From assembly GCA_028826165.1 (NCBI GenBank), contig JAPDFW010000063.1, positions 434,001 through 498,000 on the forward strand: a DNA stretch of 64,000 nucleotides, written 5' to 3'. Made by a program: the position numbers and the translations under genes. Of the stretch, positions 25,781 to 38,770 are shown piece by piece (position 1 is the stretch's first letter; each line of letters starts with the position of its first letter). The DNA is from Anaeramoeba ignava BMAN (taxonomy: Eukaryota; Protista; Anaeramoebae). The notes below the pieces were generated by a model. That model saw only the letters and a list, made by a program, of their open reading frames with translations, had not been told where the DNA came from and did not search any database.

Positions 25781-27247
25781 ATGGAATATTTCAAAAGATT
25801 ACCTAAATTTATTCAAATAATATTTATATTCATATTAATTGGCCAATTTATTATTTTTATTATTTTAAATAATCAAATTTCATCAAAAAATAATTTATTA
25901 AATGAAAAAGAAATAATCTTAATTAAAAATGAAAATGAAATTATTTGTGAAAATGAAATTATTTGTAAAAATAAATGTGAAAATATCATCAAAGAAAATA
26001 ATACACTTCCAAAATCATTTCAAATAATCAAAGAAATTGATTCAGAAATAACAAGAAGATGTTCAGAAAGATTTGGAGATTTATTTATTAAAAATTGGAG
26101 AGAAACTCAAATTAATATTTGTTCAGGATATGGATTATCTCATATTCAATGCTACAAAAGAGGAAATTCACCAAAACCCCAATTATTATGTGTTGCTGAG
26201 AATTCAGAAATACGAGGATATTCACCTTATTATATTGCTGATAGTTCTGATATATCAAAAATAACACATGTTGAAATTAATAAAGGATTTCTTCATGTTG
26301 ATTGTGATGATTCAATGAGAAAGTGGATTCCTGAAACAGAATGGGAAGAAAGACTTAATTTTGTTATGGGAAATATGGAAACTAATTCAGATATCAAATG
26401 TGAACATTGGATAAATCATACTGTATTCTGGATTTGGAGATGGGCAGAAGCAGTTACTTATCATTTTTTTGAAGATTTTATTACAGTTTTTATTCAATTA
26501 CTTGTTTTAAATGAAGATCCACAAAATGTTCAACCTGTTTTTATTGATGATATTGCTCGTGGTCCACAATTATATGATTTTTGGAGTGTTTTATTTGGAT
26601 ATGAACCAAAAATACTTAGAGTTGATCCTTTTCCAAAAAATACTTGTTTTAAAAAATCAATTTTTAGAATGTCAGCTAGTTTTTCAATATTGTATATAGA
26701 ATTATGGTTGAACTCTGAAAAGAAATGTAAATTTCCAATGCTTTATGCACTTAAGAATTATATTTTTGAAAGATCCAACATTTCTTTTGATAATCATATT
26801 CATAAATCTCCTTATACAATTGCATTTGTTAAAAGAGAAAATTATAATGGAACTATTATTAAAAGAACTATTCCAAATTATGATATTGTATTCAATTATA
26901 TTGAACAAAAACTTCCAAAAAATTGGAAAATTGTTAAATTTCAACCAGAAAAAATGACAATTCCAGAACAAATTCAATTTAGTTCAAATATTTCAATTAT
27001 TATTGGACCACATGGATCTGCTTTAACTTATCTTCTTTTTATGCCTGAACATTCACATTTAATTGAAATATTTGGGGGAAATAGATCACCAAATATGGGA
27101 CATTACAAAAATATTTGCACATATTTAAATCATGAATATCATAATGCTGGATATTTTAATGATGATGTTTCTGAAAAAGAAATTTGGAGTTTAGTTTCTG
27201 AATCAATTCAAAAAATTGAAGAAATCAAATATCAAAATCAAAATTAA
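25781..27247 (+). CDS. Glycosyltransferase family 61 (DUF563)-like type II membrane protein, copy 1
   Basis: N-terminal TM segment, YHFFED, EQIQFSSNISIIIGPHGSALTYLLF, LIEIF. Confidence 0.8.
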   Translation: MEYFKRLPKFIQIIFIFILIGQFIIFIILNNQISSKNNLLNEKEIILIKNENEIICENEIICKNKCENIIKENNTLPKSFQIIKEIDSEITRRCSERFGDLFIKNWRETQINICSGYGLSHIQCYKRGNSPKPQLLCVAENSEIRGYSPYYIADSSDISKITHVEINKGFLHVDCDDSMRKWIPETEWEERLNFVMGNMETNSDIKCEHWINHTVFWIWRWAEAVTYHFFEDFITVFIQLLVLNEDPQNVQPVFIDDIARGPQLYDFWSVLFGYEPKILRVDPFPKNTCFKKSIFRMSASFSILYIELWLNSEKKCKFPMLYALKNYIFERSNISFDNHIHKSPYTIAFVKRENYNGTIIKRTIPNYDIVFNYIEQKLPKNWKIVKFQPEKMTIPEQIQFSSNISIIIGPHGSALTYLLFMPEHSHLIEIFGGNRSPNMGHYKNICTYLNHEYHNAGYFNDDVSEKEIWSLVSESIQKIEEIKYQNQN

Positions 27248-27294
27248 AATCAAAATTAAAATTAAAATTAAAATTAAAATTAAAATTTAAACAG

Positions 27295-27548
27295 GAGGAT
27301 TTATTGTTGGATTATTATCAGGAGCAATAATAATGCCTTATATAACTTTTGGAACAACTAGGAAAATATTACTTTTAATTTGTATTCCATTATTAGGAGC
27401 ATATTTTGCAATATTATTTATATTCTTTTATCGAGATATTGATGGAAATTCATGGTGTAGTTTTTGTAAATATATAACTTGTATTCCTGTTAAAGATTGG
27501 TGTGATAATATTGGTCCAGAAAAACATACTAAAACTGATATTCAATAA
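27295..27548 (+). pseudogene. Duplicated terminal exon of the rhomboid gene
   Basis: Same translation as 24591-24844, with the TTTAAACAG acceptor retained. Confidence 0.85.
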
Positions 27549-28328
27549 TTTACTTTAATCTTTTAAAATCACTTTTACAAAATTCTTCTTTTTTCTTTCT
27601 TTCTAATTCTTCTTTTATAATCCTTTTTTTTTTCTTTTATTTCATTTTTGTTTTTCTTCAATTCCACTTTTTTTTTTTCCTTAATTCTTCTTTCTTTTTT
27701 TTTTCAAAATAAAAATTGAAACAAAAACAAAAACAAAAACAATAAATATTGAATTAAATATTGAATTGAATATTAAATTGAATTGAATATTGAATTAAAT
27801 ATTGAATTAAATATTAAATATTGAATTGAATATTGAATATTGAATTGAATATTGAATTGAATATTAAATTAAATATTGAATTAAATATTGAATTAAATAT
27901 TGAATTAAATATTGAATATTGAATTGAATATTGAATTAAATATTGAATTAAATATTGAATTAAATATTGAATTAAATATTGAATTAAATATTGAATTGAA
28001 TATTGAATATTGAATTGAATATTGAATTGAATTGAATATTGAATTGAATTGAATATTGAATTAAATATTGAATATTGAATTAAATATTAAATTAAATATT
28101 GAATTGAATTGAATATTGAATTAAATATTGAATTAAATATTGAATATTGAATTAAATATTGAATATTGAATTGAATATTGAATTAAATATTGAATTAAAT
28201 ATTGAATTGAATATTAAATTGAATTGAATATTGAATATTATTGAAATAAATTAAATTGAAATGAATGGAGAAAATTTTTTTTTTTTGATTTTGTTTTTTT
28301 TTCATTTTTTTTTTCTTTTGTTTTAATA

Positions 28329-29813
28329 ATGGAATATTTTAAAAGATTACCTAAATTTATTCAAATAATATTTATATTCATATTAATTGGCCAATTTATT
28401 ATTTTTATTATTTTAAATAATCAAATTTCATCAAAAAATAATTTATTAAATGAAAAAGAAATAATCTTAATTAAAAATGAAAATGAAAATGAAAATGAAA
28501 TTATTTGTGAAAATAAAATTATTTGTAAAAATAAATGTGAAAATATCAACAAAGAAAATAATACACTTCCAAAATCATTTCAAATAATCAAAGAAATTGA
28601 TTCAGAAATAACAAGAAGATGTTCAGAAAGATTTGGAGATTTATTTATTAAAAATTGGAGAGAAACTCAAATCAATATTTGTTCAGGATATGGATTATCT
28701 CATATTCAATGCTACAAAAGAGAAAATTCACCAAAACCCCAATTATTATGTGTTGCTGAGAATTCAGAAATACGAGGATATTCACCTTATTATATTGCTG
28801 ATAGTTCTGATATATCAAAAATAACACATGTTGAAATTAATAAAGGATTTCTTCATGTTGATTGTGATGATTCAATGAGAAAGTGGATTCCTGAAACAGA
28901 ATGGGAAGAAAAACTCAATTTTGTTATGGGAAATATGGAAACTAACTCAGATATCAAATGTGAACATTGGATAAATCATACTGTATTCTGGATTTGGAGA
29001 TGGGCAGAAGCAGTTACTTATCATTTTTTTGAAGATTTTATTACAGTTTTTTTTCAATTACTTGTTTTAAATGAAGATCCACAAAATGTTCAACCTGTTT
29101 TTATTGATGATATTGCTCGTGGTCCACAATTATATGATTTTTGGAGTGTTTTATTTGGATATGAACCAAAAATACTCAGAGTTGATCCTTTTCCAAAAAA
29201 TACTTGTTTTAAAAAATCAATTTTTGGAATGTCAGCTAGTTTTTCAATATGGTATATGGAATTATGGCAAATTTCTGAAAAGAAATGTAAATTTCCAATG
29301 CTTTATGCACTTAAGAATTATATTTTTGAAAGATCAAACATTTCTTTTGATAATCATATTCATAAATCTCCTTATACAATTGCATTTGTTAAAAGAGAAA
29401 ATTATAATGGAACTATTATTAAAAGAACTATTCCAAATTATGATAATGTATCCAATTATATTGAACAAAAACTTCCAAAAAATTGGAAAATTGTTAAATT
29501 TCAACCAGAAAAAATGACAATTCCAGAACAAATTCAATTTAGTTCAAATATTTCAATTATTATTGGACCACATGGATCTGCTTTAACTTATCTTCTTTTT
29601 ATGCCTGAACATTCACATTTAATTGAAATATTTGGGGGAAATAGATCACCAAATATGGGACATTACAAAAATATTTGCACATATTTAAATCATGAATATC
29701 ATAATGCTGGATATTTTAATGATGATGTTTCTGAAAAAGAAATTTGGAGTTTAGTTTCTGAATCAATTCAAAAAATTGAAGAAATCAAATATCAAAATCA
29801 ATTTGAAATTTGA
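28329..29813 (+). CDS. Glycosyltransferase family 61-like protein, copy 2
   Basis: Near-identical to copy 1 with the same GPHGSALT motif. Confidence 0.8.
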   Translation: MEYFKRLPKFIQIIFIFILIGQFIIFIILNNQISSKNNLLNEKEIILIKNENENENEIICENKIICKNKCENINKENNTLPKSFQIIKEIDSEITRRCSERFGDLFIKNWRETQINICSGYGLSHIQCYKRENSPKPQLLCVAENSEIRGYSPYYIADSSDISKITHVEINKGFLHVDCDDSMRKWIPETEWEEKLNFVMGNMETNSDIKCEHWINHTVFWIWRWAEAVTYHFFEDFITVFFQLLVLNEDPQNVQPVFIDDIARGPQLYDFWSVLFGYEPKILRVDPFPKNTCFKKSIFGMSASFSIWYMELWQISEKKCKFPMLYALKNYIFERSNISFDNHIHKSPYTIAFVKRENYNGTIIKRTIPNYDNVSNYIEQKLPKNWKIVKFQPEKMTIPEQIQFSSNISIIIGPHGSALTYLLFMPEHSHLIEIFGGNRSPNMGHYKNICTYLNHEYHNAGYFNDDVSEKEIWSLVSESIQKIEEIKYQNQFEI

Positions 29814-30729
29814 AGATGCTATTTTCTTTTCATTTTCTTTTCTTTCGAATAAATTAATTAACAACCAAACAATAATAATAAAAAAAATCGAATTCCTCTT
29901 TCAAATCAAATTTATATCTAAATATAAATATAAATATAAATATAAATCTAAATATAAATATAAATATAAATATAAATATAAATATAAATATAAATATAAA
30001 TATAAATATAAATATAATTATAAATATAAATATAAATATAAATATAAATATAAATATAAATATAAATATAAATATTTAATATAAATATAAATATAAATAT
30101 AAATATAAATATATAAATATAAATATAAATATAAATATAAATATAAATATAAATATAAAATAAATTTATGGGGAAAAATCAAAACTAAAAATTTTAAATT
30201 TTAAAAATTAAAATATAAAAATAAAAATTTTTCTTTTTAAAATTTTTACAAAAATAAAATTAAAATTCTTTAAAAATTAAAAGTTATAAATATTAAAATT
30301 AAAAAATAAAAAAATATTAAAGTAAAAAATAAAATAAAAAAACAATATAAAATATAAAATATAAAATATAAAAATAATCCAATTTAAAAAATAAAAATAT
30401 AAATATAAAATTAAATAAAAAATATCAAATATAAAATTAAATAAATAAATATAAATATAAATATTAAAAAAATAAATAAATATAAAAAAAATATAAATAT
30501 AAAATATAAAAATAAAAATATAAAAAAAATTTAAAAATTTTTAAATAAATATAAAATTAAATATATTATAAATATAATTAAAAATATAAATATAAAATAT
30601 AAATATAAAAAATAAATATAAATATAAATATAAATATAAATATAAATATAAATATAAATATAAATATAAATTTTTTCATTTTTTCATTTTTTCATTTTTT
30701 CATTTTTCTATTTCTTTACAAAAAAAAAA

Positions 30730-33700
30730 ATGACAAATTCTTTAAAATTAAAAGTTCCTTTAAATCCTACAAGTTGGGGACCAAACAATAATATTGAAGA
30801 TTTCCTTCCAATTTATTACAATCCTTTCTCAAAAACTCAAAAAATTGGTTCAGTTTCTGATTGGACTTTACAACAATCAAACAAATCAAAAAGTTGTAAA
30901 AATTAAAATTAAAAAAAAAATTTAAAAAAAAATTTTTTTTCTTTTTTTTTTAAAATTAAAATTAAAATATAAAATTAAAATTAAATTTAAAATTTAAAAT
31001 TAAAATTAAAATTAAAATTAAAATTAAAATTAAAATTAAAATTAAAATTAAAATTAAAATCAAAATTGAAAATTAAAATTAAATTTAAAATTAAAATTAA
31101 AATTAAAATTAAAATTAAAATTAAAATTAAAATTAAAATTAAAATTAAAAATTAAAATTAAAATTCATTTATAAAATTAAAATTCAAAATTAAAATTAAA
31201 ATTAAAATTAAAATTAAAATAAAATTAAAAAATTTATAAAATTAAAATTAAAATTAAAATTAAAATTAAAATTAATTTATAAAATTAAAATTAAAATTCA
31301 TTTATAAAATTAAAATTAAAATTAAAATTAAAATTAAAATTAAAATTAAAATTAATTTATAAAATTAAAATTAAAATTAAAATTAAAATTAAAATTAAAA
31401 TTAAAATTAAAATTAAAATTAAAATTAAAATTAAAATTCATTTATAAAATTAAAATTAAAATTAAAATTAAAATTAATATTAATATCAAAATTAAAATTA
31501 AAATTCATTTATAAAATTAAAATTAATATTAATATCAAAATTAAAATTAAAATTCATTTATAAAATTAAAATTAAAATTAAAATTAAAAATTAGCACACT
31601 TTTCATCACTATTTAGTTACAAAGATGATTCAAATGAAGATGATTTTTCAATTTTGGGAGAAAAAAAAAGTGGAAAAAGACAAGATACAAAAAGACAAGG
31701 AAGTCGATCAAGACAAATGAATATTTCTTTTATTTATGCTAATTCACAATATAAAGTTATTCGAGGAGAATGGGCAGCTCCAATGCAAACAGATTGGAAA
31801 CAATTGAATTCTTTTACTTTTACTGAATTATCTCAATTAAAATTAGATCATCAATTACCAATTCCTGAAGATTTGTTTGTTTTATTTTTAGATTCATTTT
31901 AAATTAAAATTAAAATTAAAATTAAAATTAAAATTTAAATTAAAATTAAAATTAAAATTTAAAATTAAAATTAAAATTAAAATTAAAATTTAAAATTAAA
32001 ATTAAAATTAAAATTAAAATTAAAATTAAAATTAAAATCAAAATTAAAATTAAAATTAAAATTAAAATTAAAATTCATTTATAAAATTAAAATTAAAAAT
32101 TAAAATAAAAATTAAAATTAAAATTAAAATTAAAATTGAAATTAAAATTAAGATCAAATTAAAATTAAAATTAAAATTAAAATTTAAATTAAAATTTATA
32201 ATTAAAATTGAAACCAAAAATCTATAATAAAATAATAGATTAAATAAAAAAATTGAATTTTTATAATTCAAAATTTGATATTTTAACAATTAAAATTAAA
32301 ATTAAAAAAGGAAAATTAAATTTTATAAATGTAAAATTAAAATAAAAATCAAAATTAAAAATTAAAATTAAAAATTTAAAATTAAAATTAAAATTAAAAT
32401 TAAAATTAAAATAAAAATTAAAATTAAAATTAAAATTAAAATTAAAATTAAAATTAAAATTAAAATTAAAATTAAAATTAAAATTAAAATTAAAAATTAA
32501 AAATTAAAATTAAAATTAAAATTAAAATTAAAATTAAAATTAAAATTAAAATTAAAATTAAAATTAAAATTTAAAATTAAAATTAAAATTAAAATTAAAA
32601 TTAAAATTAAAATTAAAATTAAAATTAAAATTAAAATTAAAATAAAAATTATAATTAAAATTAAAAAAAGATTACAACATCTGAAGATCCAAATATGCAA
32701 AATTTTGCAAAAGAGAATAAAGGAACAATATTTATTACGGATAAATTATTATCAGCATTAATGGTATCACATAATTCTGCACTTCCATTTGATGTTTTAA
32801 TAAAGAAAAAAGATGGAAAATTGTTTTTTGATAAAAGACCAAATTCAAGAATTGATTGGCATACTTTCAATGAAACTAATAAATTCCCCCCAATGGATGA
32901 TAAACCTGAACATTATGGTTCTGCTACTCAACTTGCAATTGAATCTACTAATATTTATCGCAAATTTTCCCAACAAGTTCTTGTTTCTAATGTATTAAAA
33001 TTAAAATTAAAATTAAAATTAAAATCAAAATTAAAATTAAAATTAAAATTAAAATTAAAATTAAAATTAAAATTAAAATTAAAATTAAAATTAAAATTAA
33101 AATTAAAAATTAAAAATTAAAATTAAAATTAAAATTAAAATTAAAATTAAAATTAAAATTAAAATTAAAATTAAAATTAAAATTAAAATTAAAATTCATT
33201 TATAAAATTAAAATCAAAATTAAAATTAAAATCAAAATTAAAATTAAAATTAAAATTATAAATTAAAATTAAAATTAAAATTAAAATTAAAATTAAAATT
33301 AAAATTAAAATTAAAATATAAAATTAAAATTCATTTTAAAAATTAGCAAAAAGTACTTTTTAAAGATTCCAACCTTGTGAACCAAGAAATATTAAAACCG
33401 AAAAAAATTAAATTTGCGAATTATTTATATCGGTATCGATTATGGAAACTTGAAGATCTAGAAGTAATCGTACGAAGTGAAATTGAAGGAGCACTTCATT
33501 CATCAAAAACAAGACAAGAAGTCAAAAAACAAGGAAAATTAAAAGGAGAAGAAATTGTGGATCAAGAAACAAGTGAAACTCAAATAAAACCTCGTTTAGT
33601 ATCTATAAAATCTTTACTTGAAACTAATCCAAGATATACTATTAATTGGAAACAAAATTTGGATACTCAAAAAGCTGGTGCTTTCTTGGCAGAATTGAAA

Positions 33701-35870
33701 AATAATTCATACAAAACTGGTCGTTGGGCTGCTGAAGGTTATTTAGCTGGAATTGATGAGTTTAGAATTGGGTATTTTTTATATTTAATTTTATAAATAA
33801 TTTTATAAATAATTTTATAAATAATTTTATAAATAATTTTATAAATAATTTTATAAATAATTTTATAAATAATTTTATAAATAATTTTATAATCAATTTT
33901 ATAAATAATTTTATATTTAATTTTATAAACAATTTTATAAATAATTTTATAAATAATTTTATAATTAATTTTATATTTATTTTATATTTAATTTTATTTT
34001 AATAAATTTTACAAATAATTTTTTTTATATTTAATTTTTTAAATAATTTTATAAATAATTTTTATAAATAATTTTATAAATAATTTTATAAATAAATTTT
34101 ATAAATAATTTTTATATTTAATTTTATTAATAATTTTATATTTAATTTTATAATTAATTTTATAAATTAATTTTATTAATTTTATAAATAATTTTATAAT
34201 TAATTTTATAAATAATTTTATAAATAATTTTATTAATTTTTTTACAAATAATTTTATAAATAATTTTATAAATAATTTTATAAATAATTTTATAATTAAT
34301 TTTATAAATAATTTTATAAATAATTTTATAATTAATTTTATTAATAATTTTATTAATAATTTTATAAATAATAGGTTTATAAGTAGAGATTATCCAAATG
34401 AGAATAAAGATCATACAATTTATGGTGTTCAACAATATACTCTTCAAGATTTTATTTCAAGAATTTATTTTAATGCTTATTTAGGATGGGCAATTTTTAG
34501 AGAGATTTGTTCAACAGTATTTGAATATCCTGATGGAGAATATATTATTTTAAAAACACCAGCTGAAGTAATTTTATATATAATTTTATAAATAATTTTT
34601 AATTTAATTTTATAATTAATTTTATATTTAATTTAATAAATAATTTAATATATAATTTTATAAATAATTTTATAAATAATTTTATAAATAATTTTATAAA
34701 TAATTTTATAAATAATTTTATAAATAATTTTATAAATAATTTTATTAATAATTTTATATTTAATTTTATAATTAATTTTATAAATTAATTTTATTAATTT
34801 TATAAATAATTTTTAATTAATTTTATAAATAATTTTATAAATAATTTTATAAATAATTTTATAAATAATTTTATAAATAATTATAAATAATTTTATAATT
34901 AATTTTATATAAATAATTTTATAAATAATTTTATATTTAATTTTATTAAATAATTTTATAAATAATTTTTATAAATAATTTTTATAAATAATTTAATAAA
35001 TAATTTAATAAATAATTTTATAAATAATTTTATAAATATTTAATTTTTATAAATTTTAATTTTATAAATAATTTTATTAATAATTTTATTAATTTTATTA
35101 ATAATTTTATAAATAATTTTTATAATTAATTTTTATTAATTTTAATTTTATAAATAATTTTTATGTTCCAAATAATTTTTATAATTTAATTTTTTAAATA
35201 ATTTTATAAATAATTTTATAAATAATTTTATATTTAATTTTTATAAATAATTTTTAATTTTATTAATAATTTTATAAATAATTTTATAAATAATTTTATA
35301 TTTAATTTTATAAATAATTTTATAAATAATTTTATAAATAATTTTATAAATAATTTTATAATTAATTTTATAATTAATTTTATAAATAATTTTATATTTA
35401 ATTTTATAAATAATTTTTTATAAATAATTTTATATTTAATTTTTTAATTTATAATTAATTTTAATAAATAATTTTATAAATAATTTTATAAATAATTTTA
35501 TAAATAATTTTATAATTAATTTATATTTAATTTATATTTAATTTTATAAATAATTTTTAATTTAATTTTATAAATAATTTTTTAGCCTATTCTCCAAATT
35601 TATCAAATTCCTTCAAATGCTTTTGTAAATGAACCAGATTCTTCACAAAAATTGGTTCAATTCGATTCAAAAGTACGCAAAAAAATAAGAACAAAAATTC
35701 ATACTTCAGAAGTATTAAAAGATTCAGATTGGAAAGTTAAATCAGAAGTTGCTGTTTTTTCTTTCGAAGATATTATGAATCAAGAAAAAGCCAAAAAAGA
35801 AGAAGAAGTTAAAAAAGAAGAAATGAAGAAGAAAAAATTATTGAGAAAAAAACAACAGAATCAATTTTAG
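30730..35870 (+). CDS. EIF3D: Eukaryotic translation initiation factor 3 subunit D; ~6 exons (approx. 30730-30895, 31595-31873, 32671-32991, 33347-33771, 34375-34567, 35586-35870)
   Basis: SWGP, YNPFSKTQKIGSVSDWT, FDVLIKKKDGKLFFDKR, YRYRLWKL, WKQNLDTQKAGAFLAELKNNSYKTGRW. Confidence 0.85.
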
Positions 35871-36486
35871 AATCAATTTTAGAATCAATTTTAGAATCAA
35901 TTTAAATATCAATTTAAATATTAATTTAAATATCAATTTAAATATCAATTTAAATATCAATTTAAATATAAATTTAAATATTAATTTAAATATTAATTTA
36001 AATATAAATTTAAAATATCAATTTAAATATTAATTTAAATATTAATTTAGAAATCAATTTAAATATTAATTTAGAAATCAATTTAAATATTAATTTAAAT
36101 ATCAATTTAAAAATAAATTTAAATATCAATTTAATAAATCAATTTAAAAATTTAAAAATCAATTTAAATATTAATTTAAATATTAATTTAAAAATCAATT
36201 TAATATCAATTTGAAATATTAATTTAAATATCAATTTAAAAATTAAAATATCAATTTAAATATCAATTTAAATAAAAATTTAAATATCAATTTAAATAAT
36301 TCTCAAAGAAAAAAAGAATAGAATTTTGATTTTTTTTTTTAAAAAAAGAAAAACATTAAAATAAAAAGGAAATAATTCATTCAATAGAAAGAAAAAATGA
36401 AAATGAAAATGAATTTTGTTTAAAAAAAAAATAATTGAAACCAACTTTTAAATACAATTAAAAATTGATTTTTTTTGAATTTGTTC

Positions 36487-38125
36487 TTAAGAATTTCTGT
36501 TTCCTCGGATTAATGTAAATGATTTTGTTTCTTTTGTTTCTTTCGTTTGAGATAATTTTAAATTTTGTTGAATTTTTTCTGAATTTTCTTGATCATTTTC
36601 TGAAGTTTGAATTGAGTCATCTTTTACATAATTTTGAGGGAATAAATTTGAATTTAAAGAAGAATCATAAGAAACAACATTTTGAATAAATAATAAATCT
36701 TCTTGATTTAATAAATTTCTAAAAAATTAAATTTTGAAATTAATTTTTTAAATTGAATTGAATTGAATTAAATTTTTAAATTTGAATTGTATTTCCAAAC
36801 CTTTTTTTCTCCACAAAATTAGAAGATTCATCCTTTGAACGAGAAGAGAAAAAAGGAAAAAAGAAATGAAGAAAAACACCAAAACAAAAAGCAAAAATCA
36901 TCATAGAAACATTAGCTACAGAACTTTTAGATTTAGATCTAGTTTTAGTTTTAGATTTAGATTTAGATTTTTTCTTAGATTTTGATTTAGATTTAGATTT
37001 AGATTTTTTCTTTGATTTTGAATCTAAAAGAGGAATTGAGCTTAAATTTGATAGGAAATCAACAAGCATTGAAGCTTTATCTTGAACATTTCCTTCTTTT
37101 GTTGAAAATTCAATTAATTTTTTCAATTTTGAAACTTGTTCTTTAAGCTGTTCATTCTCAAGATTTGTTCGACTTAATTTATTTGCTAATTTTTGTTTAT
37201 CGTTTCTTAATTTATCAGCTTCTCTTTCAAGATTTTCAATATATTCTTTTTTCCTTGCTCTTGCTTTTTGTGCATTGATTCTATTGCGTTCTTTTTTAAC
37301 TTCTGATTTTTGTTGTTCTGTTAATTCACTTGGTGGTTTTGTAAGTAGAATTTCCATATCAGTTTTCCTTTTTCGAACGGTTTTTTTGTTTTTTTGTGAT
37401 TTTTTGATTATTTTTTCTTTTGGTTTTTTTAAACTTGTATCATTATCCAAATTATCCAAATTATCCAAATTATCCAATTTTTCTAATTTTTCTAAATTAT
37501 CCAAATTATCCAATTTTTTTAAATTATCAAAACTTTCTAAATTTAATTCATCATTAAGTGTTGTTTCTTTCGGAAAATCTGATTCGTTTTGTAATCTTAA
37601 TTGTTGATTTAATGTTACATTTGATTTGAGATTTTCATTTTGAAAGTCATTATGAAAATCATTATGAAAATCATTATGAAAATCATTTGAAAATTGACTT
37701 GAAAATTCAAAATCTTTTTGATTTGAATTTTGAATAGAATTTTCAATAAATTGAGAGTTAAATTCATTATTATTTACAAAAGGTTTTGGTTGGCTTTGAA
37801 TGTTTTGCTTTTCAAGATTAATTTCTTGTTTTTCAAGTTGATTATTCAAATCAAAAAAATTTTCAATTTCATTTAAAATATTCAAATTTTGTTCAAAATA
37901 AGAATTTCTATGATCAATAGAATTAGAATTAAAACGTGAATTTGTTTGAGTTTGTGATGTTGAAAAAGGTGCGTGAATTGGAATGTTTGAAGTTTGATTG
38001 ATTTCGGGAAAACTATCAAAGCCAAAAAGTGTATTATCGTTATATAAATTTGTATAATCTATTGTTTCTAAATCAGTTTCTCCGTTTAAAAAAGGATCTT
38101 CAGAACTAGAAGATTCGTCATCCAT
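36487..38125 (-). CDS. Membrane-anchored bZIP transcription factor (ATF6/CREB3-like architecture); intron 36800-36719; 3' end uncertain
   Basis: Basic region KKERNRINAQKARARKKEYIENLE plus leucine zipper, TM segment MMIFAFCFGVFLHFFFPFF, spliced luminal KKRNLL. Confidence 0.8.
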
Positions 38126-38770
38126 TTGTTTTGTTTGAATTTTGTTTCTTTTTTCTTATGTTTGTTTTATTGAAAAAAAAATGAAAAAAATGAAAAAAAA
38201 AATTAAAAAAAATTAAAAAAAATTTTTTAAAATTGAAACGTCATGTTGTTTTTTATTATTAATTATTATTAAATTAAAAAAAAAAATTAAATTTTTAATT
38301 AAAAAAAAAATAAATGATGTAATAATTATTAATTTATTCTAATTATTATTAATTTTTTATCAAAATTATTAATAAATAAAAAATTTAATTAAAAAAAGTG
38401 GAACAAATTTTAATTTTAATTTTGAATTTTAATTTTGATTTTAATTTTAATTTTAATTTTAATTTTAATTTTGATTTTAAATTTTAATTTTAATTTTAAT
38501 TTTAATTTTAATTTTAATTTTAATTTTAATTTTAATTTTAATTTTAATTTTAATTTTAATTTTAATTTTAATTTTAATTTTAATTTTAATTTTAATTTTA
38601 ATTTTAATTTTGGAATTTTTAATTTTAATTTTAATTTTAATTTTAATTTTAATTTTAAATTTTAATTTTAATTTTAATTTTAATTTTAATTTTAATTTTA
38701 ATTTTAATTTTAATTTTAATTTTTAATTTTAATTTTAATTTTAATTTATATTTTAATTTTAATTTTGATT

